Under the pieces are notes generated by a model, which saw only the letters and a list, made by a program, of their open reading frames with translations, did not search any database and was not told where the DNA came from. Below are positions 19,706-29,572 of a stretch of 42,995 bases of DNA, one piece after another. Made by a program: the position numbers and the translations under genes. Every line of letters starts with the position of its first letter. Positions within the stretch are counted from its first letter, which is position 1. This stretch comes from a virus (taxonomy: Duplodnaviria; Heunggongvirae; Uroviricota; Caudoviricetes): the IMG/VR virus record IMGVR_UViG_3300029705_000072. One strand, 5' to 3'.

Positions 19706-20214
19706 ACGCCTTTCTTCCTGTTGCTTGGAATTTCTTTGCTATTCGGACCCGGTCTGTTAAACTCGCTGGCCGTAAATGTGAGCACCTTGCCCTGATAATC
19801 TGCAATTGGAGCGAATCTCCGAGATGATTTTAAGTCAAGGGTTCCCAAACCGTACACACGGCTACCGTTGATTAGTTTACTGATTTCGCTTACTATCTTG
19901 TCCACACGGACACCGCCTTCTGGAAGGCGCATTTTGCTTTTATGCGTAAACACCCAAATATAAAGAATTGGGTTGAGATACGTTTTACTTAGAACTCTTT
20001 CCACATCCACGTCACAGCAAATGTATGTCTGCGCGTGTTCTGTGGTTTCTGGTATGTACTCATACGGAAAAACTTGTGAGTACATTAACTCACCCGGATC
20101 TGCAATATCTCTACCGTCATCGTTCAGTAGACGAACGATGATTGGACTGGTAAGCAGGTCTTCGGCGAGTTGGTTTTTATAATCGAAAAAATCTCCGAGG
20201 TGCATTAGATCCAC
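19702..20214 (-). CDS. Putative tail terminator protein
   Basis: 170 aa; position after head-closure gene. Confidence 0.5.
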   Translation of the reverse strand: MDLMHLGDFFDYKNQLAEDLLTSPIIVRLLNDDGRDIADPGELMYSQVFPYEYIPETTEHAQTYICCDVDVERVLSKTYLNPILYIWVFTHKSKMRLPEGGVRVDKIVSEISKLINGSRVYGLGTLDLKSSRRFAPIADYQGKVLTFTASEFNRPGPNSKEIPSNRKKGV

Positions 20215-20966
20215 ACCTTCTTCCCGCCCTGGGTATCAGGGGTTGTTTCTTGTTCTGGCTCGGATTCGCCCGTACCTTCTTTTGGGAAGTACTTATAGTA
20301 GTCCGCAATATGGAGTTCGAAGTTGTCATCCGATTCTGTATTGCATTCAGCCAGAACGAACTTGAATACACCAGCGTTATTGAAAACACCATTTAACTTA
20401 AACGGCTTCGTAAGGCGATAGGAGAGAACGTGGTCTGATCCGTAGTCGCCAATTAAGAAGCGGCTGTTTCTGTCAAAATGCAGTGTGTATTCGTCACGCG
20501 GAATGGTCATAGCTACACGCGAGTCACCGCGTCTCATGATGAAGTCGTTGTTGGTGTATTCGCCGATCATGTACTTAGTACCATCCTCGATGATGCACCA
20601 TCGCTCCTGAATGGTACCGTCTTTTGCAATCCAACGAAGATAGTAGTTACACTGCTGCATTTTTGCCTTTGTGTATACTTCGTTGTTAGCATCAAGCTCT
20701 GTAATAATCCAGTAGCTGTCCATCCAATGAACAAGTCCGCCGTGAGGTAATGTTTCTCCTGGCATGCTACACAGCGTTTTGATATCAAGATTGTCACTGT
20801 TTATAATAGCCAGTTCGCGTTCCTCTCCGTCAATCACCGCGTGGTGATAGGAGAGATGTCTGGGAAGTTGTGCTTCTAAAAACCGCTGCTCTCTTCTAAG
20901 CACCGATTCTCTGCCGGATCCACCTCGCGTTCTCATACGAGAAGAGTAGGTGTCCCATACATTCAC
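20205..20966 (-). CDS. Putative head closure / head-tail adaptor
   Basis: 253 aa beta-rich; synteny. Confidence 0.5.
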   Translation of the reverse strand: MNVWDTYSSRMRTRGGSGRESVLRREQRFLEAQLPRHLSYHHAVIDGEERELAIINSDNLDIKTLCSMPGETLPHGGLVHWMDSYWIITELDANNEVYTKAKMQQCNYYLRWIAKDGTIQERWCIIEDGTKYMIGEYTNNDFIMRRGDSRVAMTIPRDEYTLHFDRNSRFLIGDYGSDHVLSYRLTKPFKLNGVFNNAGVFKFVLAECNTESDDNFELHIADYYKYFPKEGTGESEPEQETTPDTQGGKKVWI

Positions 20967-20971
20967 TTGCT

Positions 20972-21310
20972 CTATACCTCCGAAGAAGAGGCGTACTTAG
21001 CACGCAGTTTATTTAGGATAGAGATTGATCTAAACACCTTTCGTCTAACAACAATTACTTCGCAGTCGGGGTTTTGGATAAGGTATTCTAGTGACGAAAT
21101 TAACTGAAGAACCAGTGGCTCGTTTTCGGCTAAGTCGATAAGCGCGTCACATCCAATTAGATCATCTCTTAGGTCTGTCATGTAGGTAACCAATGAGTCC
21201 TCGCCGCTCTCCTTGATCGGTAAGATCTTGAAGAAGAGGTCTATGAGGGATTTAAAGTAGACCGAAAGTACGACGGGCTTTGGTTTAAAACCTGTTGGCG
21301 TAGAACCCAT
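20972..21310 (-). CDS. Hypothetical protein
   Basis: 112 aa, TAATG-coupled to upstream gene. Confidence 0.6.
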   Translation of the reverse strand: MGSTPTGFKPKPVVLSVYFKSLIDLFFKILPIKESGEDSLVTYMTDLRDDLIGCDALIDLAENEPLVLQLISSLEYLIQNPDCEVIVVRRKVFRSISILNKLRAKYASSSEV

Positions 21311-21759
21311 TAAAAATGTAAGTCCTCTAGGTCATTATGAATATACGAGTATTCCCTCATCATGCTCGTAAATCTATGACCGGCCATTTCATGTGTTTCG
21401 CGTATCCGCAGGACAAGTTTTTCAGGAGAGAAGGTAGTAAAATCTCTTGTGTTTAAAAGATTCTCAAGACCATCCTGCTTGTACACGTATGGCTTAAGCC
21501 ACTGTACCAGCATGCCTTCGGATACAATATCGGCAATCTCATCAAGATCGCCGTCATCTATGTCGACGTCAAACTCGCGGATGATATCATCGCCGGTGGT
21601 AGAAAAATCATACTTGCAGATGCTTCGGAATGCAGCGATTGCTCGCTTCATATAACCGTCCACAACGCTGTTTCTTTCGAAATCAAGCATACCTGCAAGA
21701 TCATATTCTGTGACCTTTGATAGGAATGCTCCCGTGAATACGTCATATGATACACTCAC
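21310..21759 (-). CDS. Putative head-tail connector (adaptor)
   Basis: 149 aa helical; EI.DIVSEGMLVQWL...LENLL.T.DF..FSP pattern; synteny. Confidence 0.55.
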   Translation of the reverse strand: MSVSYDVFTGAFLSKVTEYDLAGMLDFERNSVVDGYMKRAIAAFRSICKYDFSTTGDDIIREFDVDIDDGDLDEIADIVSEGMLVQWLKPYVYKQDGLENLLNTRDFTTFSPEKLVLRIRETHEMAGHRFTSMMREYSYIHNDLEDLHF

Positions 21760-21773
21760 GAAATCATCCTCCT

Positions 21774-22337
21774 TTACCGCTCGACGAGCTCAACGCCTAA
21801 GCATTTTTCTAAGGTGGCAATTACCTTATTAGAATCGATATCTCCTGAAGCAATCAGTTGCTTTGCTCTATACGATACGGACTTCTTCTGTCCTGCGGAC
21901 ATAGGTTCGATAGTCGCTTCGAGCTGAGAAGGGGACATTGAAAACAGTTTGTCGAAGTCATCGATTTTAACCGCATGCTTGTAGAACTGGGATACGCCTA
22001 AATAGTCGACAACCCACTCATCGTCAAACATGAACCAGTTATTGATGAAATACTTCTTATTGGAATTACGAGCGCTCTTTAGTTCGCTCAGTTCCATATC
22101 CTGTTCTGCACCAAACTCATCCCACTTCCAGCGTTCGCCTGTGCGCTTGCTCTTGTAATTTAATTCGCCCTGGAATCCATTGCGAACGGTGATGATTTGG
22201 TTCAAATCTATTTCTTTAGGTACAAAAATCTCCTTATGTTCAGCCACTTCCTGAACAACGGTTTCGACCACCTTTTCTTCAGACACGGGCTTTTCTTTTG
22301 CGGGTGCCTTTTTCTTAGTTGTAGTTTGATTTGACAT
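21774..22337 (-). CDS. Hypothetical protein downstream of MCP
   Basis: Start moved to ATG 22337 (SD GAAAGGA); 187 aa. Confidence 0.7.
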   Translation of the reverse strand: MSNQTTTKKKAPAKEKPVSEEKVVETVVQEVAEHKEIFVPKEIDLNQIITVRNGFQGELNYKSKRTGERWKWDEFGAEQDMELSELKSARNSNKKYFINNWFMFDDEWVVDYLGVSQFYKHAVKIDDFDKLFSMSPSQLEATIEPMSAGQKKSVSYRAKQLIASGDIDSNKVIATLEKCLGVELVER

Positions 22338-22357
22338 TTTTCTTCCTTTCATACATA

Positions 22358-22383
22358 GGGTGGGGCGCTTACACACCCCACCC
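22358..22383 (-). terminator. Hairpin after major capsid gene (GTAA tetraloop)
   Basis: Minus strand GGGTGGGGTGT-GTAA-GCGCCCCACCC. Confidence 0.55.
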
Positions 22384-22408
22384 AAAATTCACTCCGTATA
22401 GAACTGAA

Positions 22409-22556
22409 TTAAGCCAGTTCGTAGCGGCCAACACCGGAGTTGCCGCCTGCCAGTACGATACCGCAACCAAATTTTTCTGCGTAGAAATATTCCTGAGTCA
22501 GATCGCCATTGGTCAGAGGATCGCCCATGATTACCAGGGGATCGCCTTCGTAAACT
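22409..22556 (-). CDS. Major capsid protein, exon 2
   Basis: Not in ORF track. A-GTT-TAC-GAA... gives VYEGDPLVIMGDPLTNGDLTQEYFYAEKFGCGIVLAGGNSGVGRYELA*; same codon bias as exon 1; 866+148 nt = 338 codons. Confidence 0.9.
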
Positions 22557-22942
22557 CTGTTTTGTTTGCTATAGAGTCGCTAACTCTTGCGGGTCATGCC
22601 CCTCCATCTTTCGATAGAGCACAGACTATATCTTCACCCTCACGGGTGTCCACCACTTCGGACGCCAAACGCTTGCGTCCTACTCCCTCGAAGGGATAGT
22701 CGTTGAACCTTCCTCTGTTAGAGGCTTGGCTGCTGATTGCCCATTGTGAACCAGTGCTTAGGGTTTAACCTTACACCATCCCACTATTTCTTTCTGCTTT
22801 CGCAACCATCGCGTATAGTCCTGCTAGGACTTGCGCTGTGGTATAGTAGGCTTTAGGGTTTTCCAGCAATTCGATGGATATTTTTTCGAACACCTTTCGG
22901 TGAACGAAGGCTATTTACGCCGCGCACATGCGCAGGGATTTA
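22557..22942 (-). ncRNA. Group I intron (386 nt, no ORF) in major capsid gene
   Basis: P AAUUGCUGGAAA (22860-71), Q AAUCAGCAG (22730-38), R GUUCAACGACUA (22697-708), S AAGAUAUAGUCU (22623-34); P3 UCCAUC/GGUGGA; P1 AAGGU|UA with UAGCCUU (U.G at splice site); terminal G 22557. Confidence 0.93.
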
Positions 22943-23808
22943 ACCTTAATGGGCTTGTCATCACCGGCAATTACGGTCAGGACTTCGTCGTCCATAACGA
23001 ATTCGGTGGAGCCCAGCTTGTGTCTCTGGGGAGTCATTACTACAGGGGTGCCGAAGAACTTGCCAACATAACCCATGTTGTACATGTCGTTCATAGCAGC
23101 ATCGCTCTGTACAGAGGGCATCAGAGCTCTCAGAGCCTTCTTGGTACCCAGAATGGTTGCAGTCTTGCCGCCTGCAGCAGCTTCAACATGAGAAACCAGA
23201 TCCAGCAGGGCTTCTTCGTCATAAGCACCAGCGGTGGGGAAGAAGGTTACGCCGCCCAGCTGTTCAGCGGTAGCGCCGTTCCATACTGCATGGATTTCAT
23301 CCAGCAGGGACTTGCGGAAGGATTCAGCAACCTTGTTGATCATTTCGTTGAAGTCTACACGACCAGACAGAACTCTGTTCAGTTCTTCGTAGATCTTTAC
23401 AACCTTCAGCTTTGTGGGGATGGAAACTTCGGTGGAACCACCCAGACGCTGTCTGCGGATACCCTGAGTACCATCAGCTGCTTCAGCAACGAAGAACAGA
23501 GTGCTGTCTTCTACTCTGAAAACATTCTGATCGCCTTCAGCAACGTTTCTGAAGTCTACCAGAGACATGAAGAATTCGTCGCCCTGCAGACCTTCGATTA
23601 CGGTGCGGCTCAGAACTTCTTCGATCAGAGCGAACAGACCCTGGCACTTGCCGTCACGGATGTCCTTGTAGTTCAGCTTGGTGCTGCCGCCGTTCAGTTC
23701 GACCAGTGCCTGACGCAGGGTTTCGGTGGTTTCGCTCTTGGAGTATTTTTCTACTCTGCCGTGATAGTTATCTACGGCGAGTCTTACGATGTCTTTCATA
23801 TCAGCCAT
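22943..23808 (-). CDS. Major capsid protein, exon 1 (SPbeta YonB-like, HK97 fold)
   Basis: Strongest codon bias in window; follows protease and decoration genes; spliced junction KPIKV-VYEGD; 337-aa product. Confidence 0.9.
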
Positions 23809-23827
23809 TTCGATTCTCTCCTTTCAA

Positions 23828-24325
23828 TTAGTTTTCGGTCTTGCCGATTTCGATGGTGTAGTAGGTGTATCTACCAGCAACTTCGGAAGCTACGCACTTA
23901 CCAAAGCCAGTACCTGCAGCATCCAGCTTGCCGCCTTCGCCGATACCAACTTCTGCGCCAACTTCAGGAACAGTGCCGCCTACGAAACCTTCCTTGGTCA
24001 GAGAGAACATGTTTCTGCTTCTGGGAACGTAGCCACGAACAGCCTTGCCCTTTTCATTGATGTATTCGTCCAGGTTTACCTTTCTTTCGTCATACATCAC
24101 TTCAACGCCAGCTACGATTGCGCAGGAATTCAGATCGGAAGAAGAAGTAGCGGCAACAGCCTTTCTAACTTCTCTCTGGTCTTCTTCGAAGCCCTGCAGT
24201 TCAACGATAACACCGTTTTCGATCTCTGCCATTTCGCCTTCTGCGTTATAGAAGCGCAGGGAAACGAGGTCAGCTGCGTTGTTAACAGCGCTCATGAGAT
24301 CGGTGCGAATTACACAGTAACTCAT
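23828..24325 (-). CDS. Head decoration / capsid cement protein (YonC-like)
   Basis: 165 aa between protease and MCP; ENG.IV...KGKAVRGY. Confidence 0.7.
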   Translation of the reverse strand: MSYCVIRTDLMSAVNNAADLVSLRFYNAEGEMAEIENGVIVELQGFEEDQREVRKAVAATSSSDLNSCAIVAGVEVMYDERKVNLDEYINEKGKAVRGYVPRSRNMFSLTKEGFVGGTVPEVGAEVGIGEGGKLDAAGTGFGKCVASEVAGRYTYYTIEIGKTEN

Positions 24326-24350
24326 ACTTGTTTACCTCCTAATTTTTTGT

Positions 24351-24384
24351 AAAATAAAACAGCGGTGCGAGACGCTTGCCGCTG
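24351..24384 (-). terminator. Intrinsic terminator after protease gene
   Basis: Minus strand CAGCGG...CCGCTG-TTTTATTTT. Confidence 0.65.
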
Positions 24385-24420
24385 GTTGCACTCGGTTTTC
24401 CGAGGACTATTCAGTTGTTA

Positions 24421-26001
24421 CTATCTGAAGCCGTACTTCTGGAACAGACCACCATACAGTTCTGTTTCAGCAGGGACATCAGCCTGTTCCACCTTAATCT
24501 TAGGTGCTCCGCCAGAGAGACTAAACTTTTCAATAGAAGTCTGTCTTCCACGGATTGCATAGCATTTTTCTTCCAGCTCTTCGACGGAATATTCTTTGTG
24601 GTCTTCCTTCAGCTTATCAAATGCTTCTACGCCACTTAAGGATTCGAATCTATCCAGCACTTCCATGCGTTGTTCTTCGACCTTTGCATTTTCGGTTTCA
24701 GCCTTAAAATCACGCAGAGATTCTACTTCATCAGACAATGCCTGATATTTTTGGGACAGATCTTTAAACACGTCTTCGAAAGCAGCGGTTTCATCTCCTT
24801 CGTCGAAGTCGACGATTTCGTACTTCTTGCGCTTCTTGCTTTCGAAGTCGATGATAACTCTGTCACCGTTCATGGAGTACTTGAAGCCATACAGCTTCCA
24901 GTCTTCTACGTCGTGGCAGTATACCTCGGACAGCTCGTAGTCATAATTTACGTAGTAGTACTTGAACATTTCACCAAAGCAAGTTTCTACTGTGATCTGG
25001 TGGAGTGCGTCAAGAAGTTCCATTTCAAATTCACTTGAAAGTGTAAACCTTTCCTCTACGACTTCGTCTTCGGGTTCTTCGGCGGGTTCGTCGACAGGAT
25101 CCTCTTCTTCAGATTCTTCGTCTTCCGCGCCGCCATCTTCCTCAGACCCTTCTACGGGTTCTTCTTCAGGTTCCTGAACGGGTTCTTCCTCGGTCTGGTC
25201 TTCAACGACTTCAAACTTCTTACGTAGTTCTTCAACGGTTACATCTTCCAGATTAAAGTCCAGGCTTTCCTGAGAAATGCCGAGTTCTGCTAACAGTGCA
25301 ATTTTTTCATCCAATGCCTTTTCTCCTCCTTCCATCGAAATTTGGGTATGGACAACCTCAGTGGAGGGTTGTTCTTTTGAAAATTCTTCCTTAAATTCCC
25401 GCATCATTTCAGCAAGTTCTTGCTTAAAGCTATCATGTGAGAACAGTTGAACCGAAGCCGACTCGTAGCACGGCTCTGCTGATCCTAGAAGGCAGAATGC
25501 TGTAAACTCAAAGTCGCTTATATGATAAACGCCGTCTACCATTCCGCCGCTTTTCACTGTAATCTCCATGCTTTCGTCTACGATGCCGTCAGCCTCGATT
25601 TTTCTGTATGCCTCCTGACGCTTCCAAAGGATTACATCAGTGCAAAGATACTCGTGGATGCCAGATTCGTCTTCGATTTCCTCCCACCATGTGCGTGCGC
25701 TTTCTGGAACTACGCCAACAGGGTGGGTGATGTTTGCTAGATACATACCTCCATCCGCAGAGGTTACTAACTCTACGTCATGTGAGCCTATCATATCTGT
25801 ATCTCTGTCGTATCTACATACAACAGGGCAGTTATATATGGACGGCATGCATCTTTCAAAAGTCTCCTTGCTGATGAAGCTGTTATTGCGGTTCTTACCT
25901 ACATACGCAACCCGAAGGACGCCCGAGTCGAATGACTTGTTTCGCTCAACCAGGTTCGTAATGCCGGAGGAGAACACAATACTCATATTTCTTTTACTCA
26001 T
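24421..26001 (-). CDS. Prohead protease-scaffold fusion (YonD-like)
   Basis: DESMEI...FEFTAFCLLG..EPCYESA protease motif, acidic linker, C-terminal helical scaffold. Confidence 0.85.
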   Translation of the reverse strand: MSKRNMSIVFSSGITNLVERNKSFDSGVLRVAYVGKNRNNSFISKETFERCMPSIYNCPVVCRYDRDTDMIGSHDVELVTSADGGMYLANITHPVGVVPESARTWWEEIEDESGIHEYLCTDVILWKRQEAYRKIEADGIVDESMEITVKSGGMVDGVYHISDFEFTAFCLLGSAEPCYESASVQLFSHDSFKQELAEMMREFKEEFSKEQPSTEVVHTQISMEGGEKALDEKIALLAELGISQESLDFNLEDVTVEELRKKFEVVEDQTEEEPVQEPEEEPVEGSEEDGGAEDEESEEEDPVDEPAEEPEDEVVEERFTLSSEFEMELLDALHQITVETCFGEMFKYYYVNYDYELSEVYCHDVEDWKLYGFKYSMNGDRVIIDFESKKRKKYEIVDFDEGDETAAFEDVFKDLSQKYQALSDEVESLRDFKAETENAKVEEQRMEVLDRFESLSGVEAFDKLKEDHKEYSVEELEEKCYAIRGRQTSIEKFSLSGGAPKIKVEQADVPAETELYGGLFQKYGFR

Positions 26002-26020
26002 ATGAACAGTTCACCATCCA

Positions 26021-26050
26021 AAAATTAAAATAACCCGTGGGGTGCACGGG
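26021..26050 (-). terminator. Terminator-like hairpin after 58-aa gene
   Basis: Minus strand CCCGTG-CACCC-CACGGG-TTATTTTAATTTTT. Confidence 0.55.
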
Positions 26051-26051
26051 G

Positions 26052-26228
26052 TTAAAACGTAAGTGTATCGGTCACAACGTAAGGGCTGCTAGCCAATGCG
26101 AAGTCAAGCCGATCTTTATTTATGAACACATGAATTCCTTTTTCCTCGTTGGACTTTAGGAGTTCATATCCCATCGACATAAGTTTTTCTTTGCCTTCTT
26201 GGTCGAATACGTAAATGAAGTTTCCCAT
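26052..26228 (-). CDS. Small conserved-position protein between portal and protease (58 aa)
   Basis: Below ORF-track cutoff. SD GGAGG, ATG 26228; MGNFIYVFDQEGKEKLMSMGYELLKSNEEKGIHVFINKDRLDFALASSPYVVTDTLTF*. Confidence 0.8.
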   Translation of the reverse strand: MGNFIYVFDQEGKEKLMSMGYELLKSNEEKGIHVFINKDRLDFALASSPYVVTDTLTF

Positions 26229-26237
26229 ACGAACCTC

Positions 26238-27800
26238 CTATGCATCTTCGCGGTTTTGTTCGCCGCTTTCGCTAAGGTCGCCAACGTCCTTTTGTGGGGC
26301 ACCACCTTCGTCTGTTGCTCCCTTTGAATCGTTTTTGCTTAACGTACTAGAACTCTTCAGCGGCTTAAACTTATCTGTCAAGCCGAGTACATCGTTTTCA
26401 AGGAAGTTCATGCTATCGAGCTCGGCTTGTCCAAGACCCTGAGACGCAGCGTACATCGAAAGGGTTGGGAAGCCGTGCTGTGCTGCCTTCAAATACATGT
26501 CACCCATTTCTTTGCGGTTGAATGGGCTGCAGTCTAAGAACGTTACCTTCCAATTCTTACCGTACGGCTGAGACTGGATGAACCGATTGACCATGTCTTC
26601 GATGCTCTTCACGATACCATATGTAATCGCTTGGTCCGCCTTGATAGAAAGCACAAGTGCGTTTGCGGAAGCTTTTTCGTTATTGAACAGAAGGGAGGAT
26701 ACGCCTGCTGCAGAGAACAAATTCTGCTCGGCATCCGCTACAGTGTTCGTATCGCCGGTATTCGTGCGCTCGAAACTGATCTTGCTGATATCCATTGGGG
26801 ATAATACAGAGCCAATTTCTTCTGGGAGGACAGAGTCTAGGTTCTTCCAGAACTTCTTGGCCTTATCATAGTCGATCAGCCACTCACCCTTGTCGTTTAC
26901 CTTCAGGCTCATTACCACCATTGCGTAGTTTTCAAGAGCGGTCTTAGTCATCTTTAAAGACTTGTAGTCTTCGATGTCGTATACCTCTCTTAAGATGCCG
27001 GCAAACGGTGGCATGGCGTATGTAAGGATGTCATTATTGCATTTGATCGCCCAGGAATTGGGTGAGGAGAGTTCCTGATATCTTGGTGCAACGCCGTTTT
27101 TGTATGAATCGTACTTGATTCTAAACTCTTCCGGATAGTAATCCAGATACGTTCTATTCGAATCAAAATAAGAGAAGTCAAATGTGACATTGGCGACATT
27201 GTTTTCTATAGTGTCTATCTTGCAATACTGTGACGGTAATTGCTGCACTGTAATATTGTCGTTGTTCACCCAAAACGTGCCATAAAACACATCTTCTCGC
27301 AGAACCACCGTAAGGACCTTTCTAAACTGTGTCACGACGTTCATGGACGACATGGCATTTAGGACCTTACGGTAGTTGCGATTAACAGATTTCAGATTCG
27401 CTGATTTCGGATCTGTTTTATACGGCGATACCACGTACGCTAGGTCAGATAGACCAGCAAAATACTGGATGAGTCTTCTGAAATGAGAGCTTGCACCATA
27501 CATATAAACCACAGCATCCCGCAAACTTCTTTCGTTAGCAGCGGGGTTCTGTAAGTAATTTGAAATGTTATCCTTGGTGTAACGAGATAGTGCGCCAGAA
27601 GTCTTTTTCTGGTCGATATCTCTCAGGATCAGTCTGTTTATGGCAGCAAATCTTTCCGAGATACCAATCATACCTGCTTCGTCGATCTTTGGAGATCTGA
27701 CTGTGACCGGTCTTTCTTCGGAAGAGCGTGAGCTTTGTGAATTAAAGGAGGAACTAGGAGGAGACTTTGGTGCTACAGATCTTGATTTCTTTTTGCCCAT
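26238..27800 (-). CDS. Portal protein (YonE-like)
   Basis: 520 aa directly after TerL; LPEEIGSVLSP, LFSAAGVS..LF pattern. Confidence 0.85.
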   Translation of the reverse strand: MGKKKSRSVAPKSPPSSSFNSQSSRSSEERPVTVRSPKIDEAGMIGISERFAAINRLILRDIDQKKTSGALSRYTKDNISNYLQNPAANERSLRDAVVYMYGASSHFRRLIQYFAGLSDLAYVVSPYKTDPKSANLKSVNRNYRKVLNAMSSMNVVTQFRKVLTVVLREDVFYGTFWVNNDNITVQQLPSQYCKIDTIENNVANVTFDFSYFDSNRTYLDYYPEEFRIKYDSYKNGVAPRYQELSSPNSWAIKCNNDILTYAMPPFAGILREVYDIEDYKSLKMTKTALENYAMVVMSLKVNDKGEWLIDYDKAKKFWKNLDSVLPEEIGSVLSPMDISKISFERTNTGDTNTVADAEQNLFSAAGVSSLLFNNEKASANALVLSIKADQAITYGIVKSIEDMVNRFIQSQPYGKNWKVTFLDCSPFNRKEMGDMYLKAAQHGFPTLSMYAASQGLGQAELDSMNFLENDVLGLTDKFKPLKSSSTLSKNDSKGATDEGGAPQKDVGDLSESGEQNREDA

Positions 27801-27817
27801 CTGATATCACCACCTTT

Positions 27818-29572
27818 CTATTTTATTTTTGGTGCCCGGAACATGAATTCGTCTTCATCTTTCGAGCCGAAATTTCTTGCTCTGCCCAGTTTGTTTTCTA
27901 GCAGAGTCGCTACATAGTAGTTGTAGCTCAAGCTGGAGAAGCGGTCTTTTCGCGCTCCAGACTTTTCAAAAACACGCACTCTACCGCCGGACTTTTCATG
28001 CTGTAACTTCACAAGTTCGTCGACAAGCAGGGTAGTGTGTATATATGGTAGCTGCATGCGCAGCCGTGATTGTGGATCGAGTGAGTTAAATCCCTTTATT
28101 TCAGACAGGATTTGTTCACCGTCATACTCAGTCACCAGTAATCTCAGCTTTCCGCTTCTAAACCCTTCGCGTAGCGCAAGTGCACACTCAGAGTTCATTG
28201 CAGGAGAACCCTTGATTGCCCAGATTACCTTTTCGGCACCCTGAACAGAGCATCTATCCGCCATCTCTTCGTTATTGCAACAAGAAATTGCAGGATAAAC
28301 CTCGCCGCTATCAGGGTCTACCATATCTCTGACCAGGGCATCATATACACCCAGGCCAATACCGGTACAGTCAAGGACGATGTAGTCGCAGTAATACTCT
28401 TCGTACAGTCTACGTATTTCGAGAGCCTGGTCTTCCGTATGGAGACCTTCGCTTGTGTGGCAGTAGACTATATTACTGGTATAGCGACCTGATCTTGATG
28501 GAATCATCTGGTTGATGAATATCGCCGTTGCGTCGTTCTTATACTTTTTACTTGCCATAAGCGCGATGTCGGCGGATATAATTCTTATTTCTCCTGGAGC
28601 CTTGTTTTGGATTCGGATATTCGAATTATTATTGAGCATGCCGGACAAGTTGTCTGGCAGCATGGGGTACTTTATCTTTCTGTTTTTGGAGATAGAGTTG
28701 AAATCATAGAACGAATCAGCTGAATCTCCGTAGAACAGTGCTTCGTACTCCATGCCGAATTTGATTTCGTTAAAGTCCGATTCTGCCATTTCGTCAGCAA
28801 CGGTGTTTGGCGACAACAGGCCTTCGTGTATAGACAGCTGGTATGGGAGGCCACAAACAAATTGCCTATGCTTATCGCTAAGCATGGCCTTGCATGTATC
28901 AAGACACTTCGTATAGCTCCAGTTGTCGGTGAAGTAAGCGGACGTAAGTGAAATCGTTTTATTCTGTTCCTTACCCCATTCGGCCTTGCGTTCTTCCTTT
29001 GTTAATTCGTAATACTTTGGTTCGCGCTGCTGGGTTAGGAATTTCTTTAGAATCGTATCAACGACGTCCTTCGCAATCATTCTGAACTCATCAAGCAGCA
29101 GTATGTTGCATCGGTTGCCTCGAGCGGTGTCGCTTGCGGTAACAACCTTTATATATGATGAGTTCTTAAAAACAATCTTTGCGTCAGTGCCGTTAATTTT
29201 AGTCTGCTTTTCGTCGATCTCGTTTGCCAACTCGATCGATCGCGGTTTCAGTTCGAGCATGATTTTTTCAAGCACGATTGCGCCCTGACCTCTGGTGCCG
29301 GACGCAATACATATTTTCGTACCCGGATACAGAATGCATCTTATTACGCAGAAAATAGCGCTTAGGAATGTTTTACCTATTCCTCGAGAACCGATAAACA
29401 CTGTATTCGTGCATAGATTCATCAAGCATATCAATATTTTTTGGAAGAGACGTAGGTCTAGATGAAGATAGTCGGCGGCAAATCGCGTTGGGTTCGCTCT
29501 GTAATAGGCGCACCACGCCGCAACACCCTCCATTATCCTGTCGTATCTAGTCTGCGGGTCTTGTGTTGGCAT
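27818..29572 (-). CDS. terL: Terminase large subunit
   Basis: Walker A GSRGIGKT, Walker B LLLDEFR, RNase H-like ISADIA / IVLDCTGIG / KDRFSS. Confidence 0.95.
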   Translation of the reverse strand: MPTQDPQTRYDRIMEGVAAWCAYYRANPTRFAADYLHLDLRLFQKILICLMNLCTNTVFIGSRGIGKTFLSAIFCVIRCILYPGTKICIASGTRGQGAIVLEKIMLELKPRSIELANEIDEKQTKINGTDAKIVFKNSSYIKVVTASDTARGNRCNILLLDEFRMIAKDVVDTILKKFLTQQREPKYYELTKEERKAEWGKEQNKTISLTSAYFTDNWSYTKCLDTCKAMLSDKHRQFVCGLPYQLSIHEGLLSPNTVADEMAESDFNEIKFGMEYEALFYGDSADSFYDFNSISKNRKIKYPMLPDNLSGMLNNNSNIRIQNKAPGEIRIISADIALMASKKYKNDATAIFINQMIPSRSGRYTSNIVYCHTSEGLHTEDQALEIRRLYEEYYCDYIVLDCTGIGLGVYDALVRDMVDPDSGEVYPAISCCNNEEMADRCSVQGAEKVIWAIKGSPAMNSECALALREGFRSGKLRLLVTEYDGEQILSEIKGFNSLDPQSRLRMQLPYIHTTLLVDELVKLQHEKSGGRVRVFEKSGARKDRFSSLSYNYYVATLLENKLGRARNFGSKDEDEFMFRAPKIK

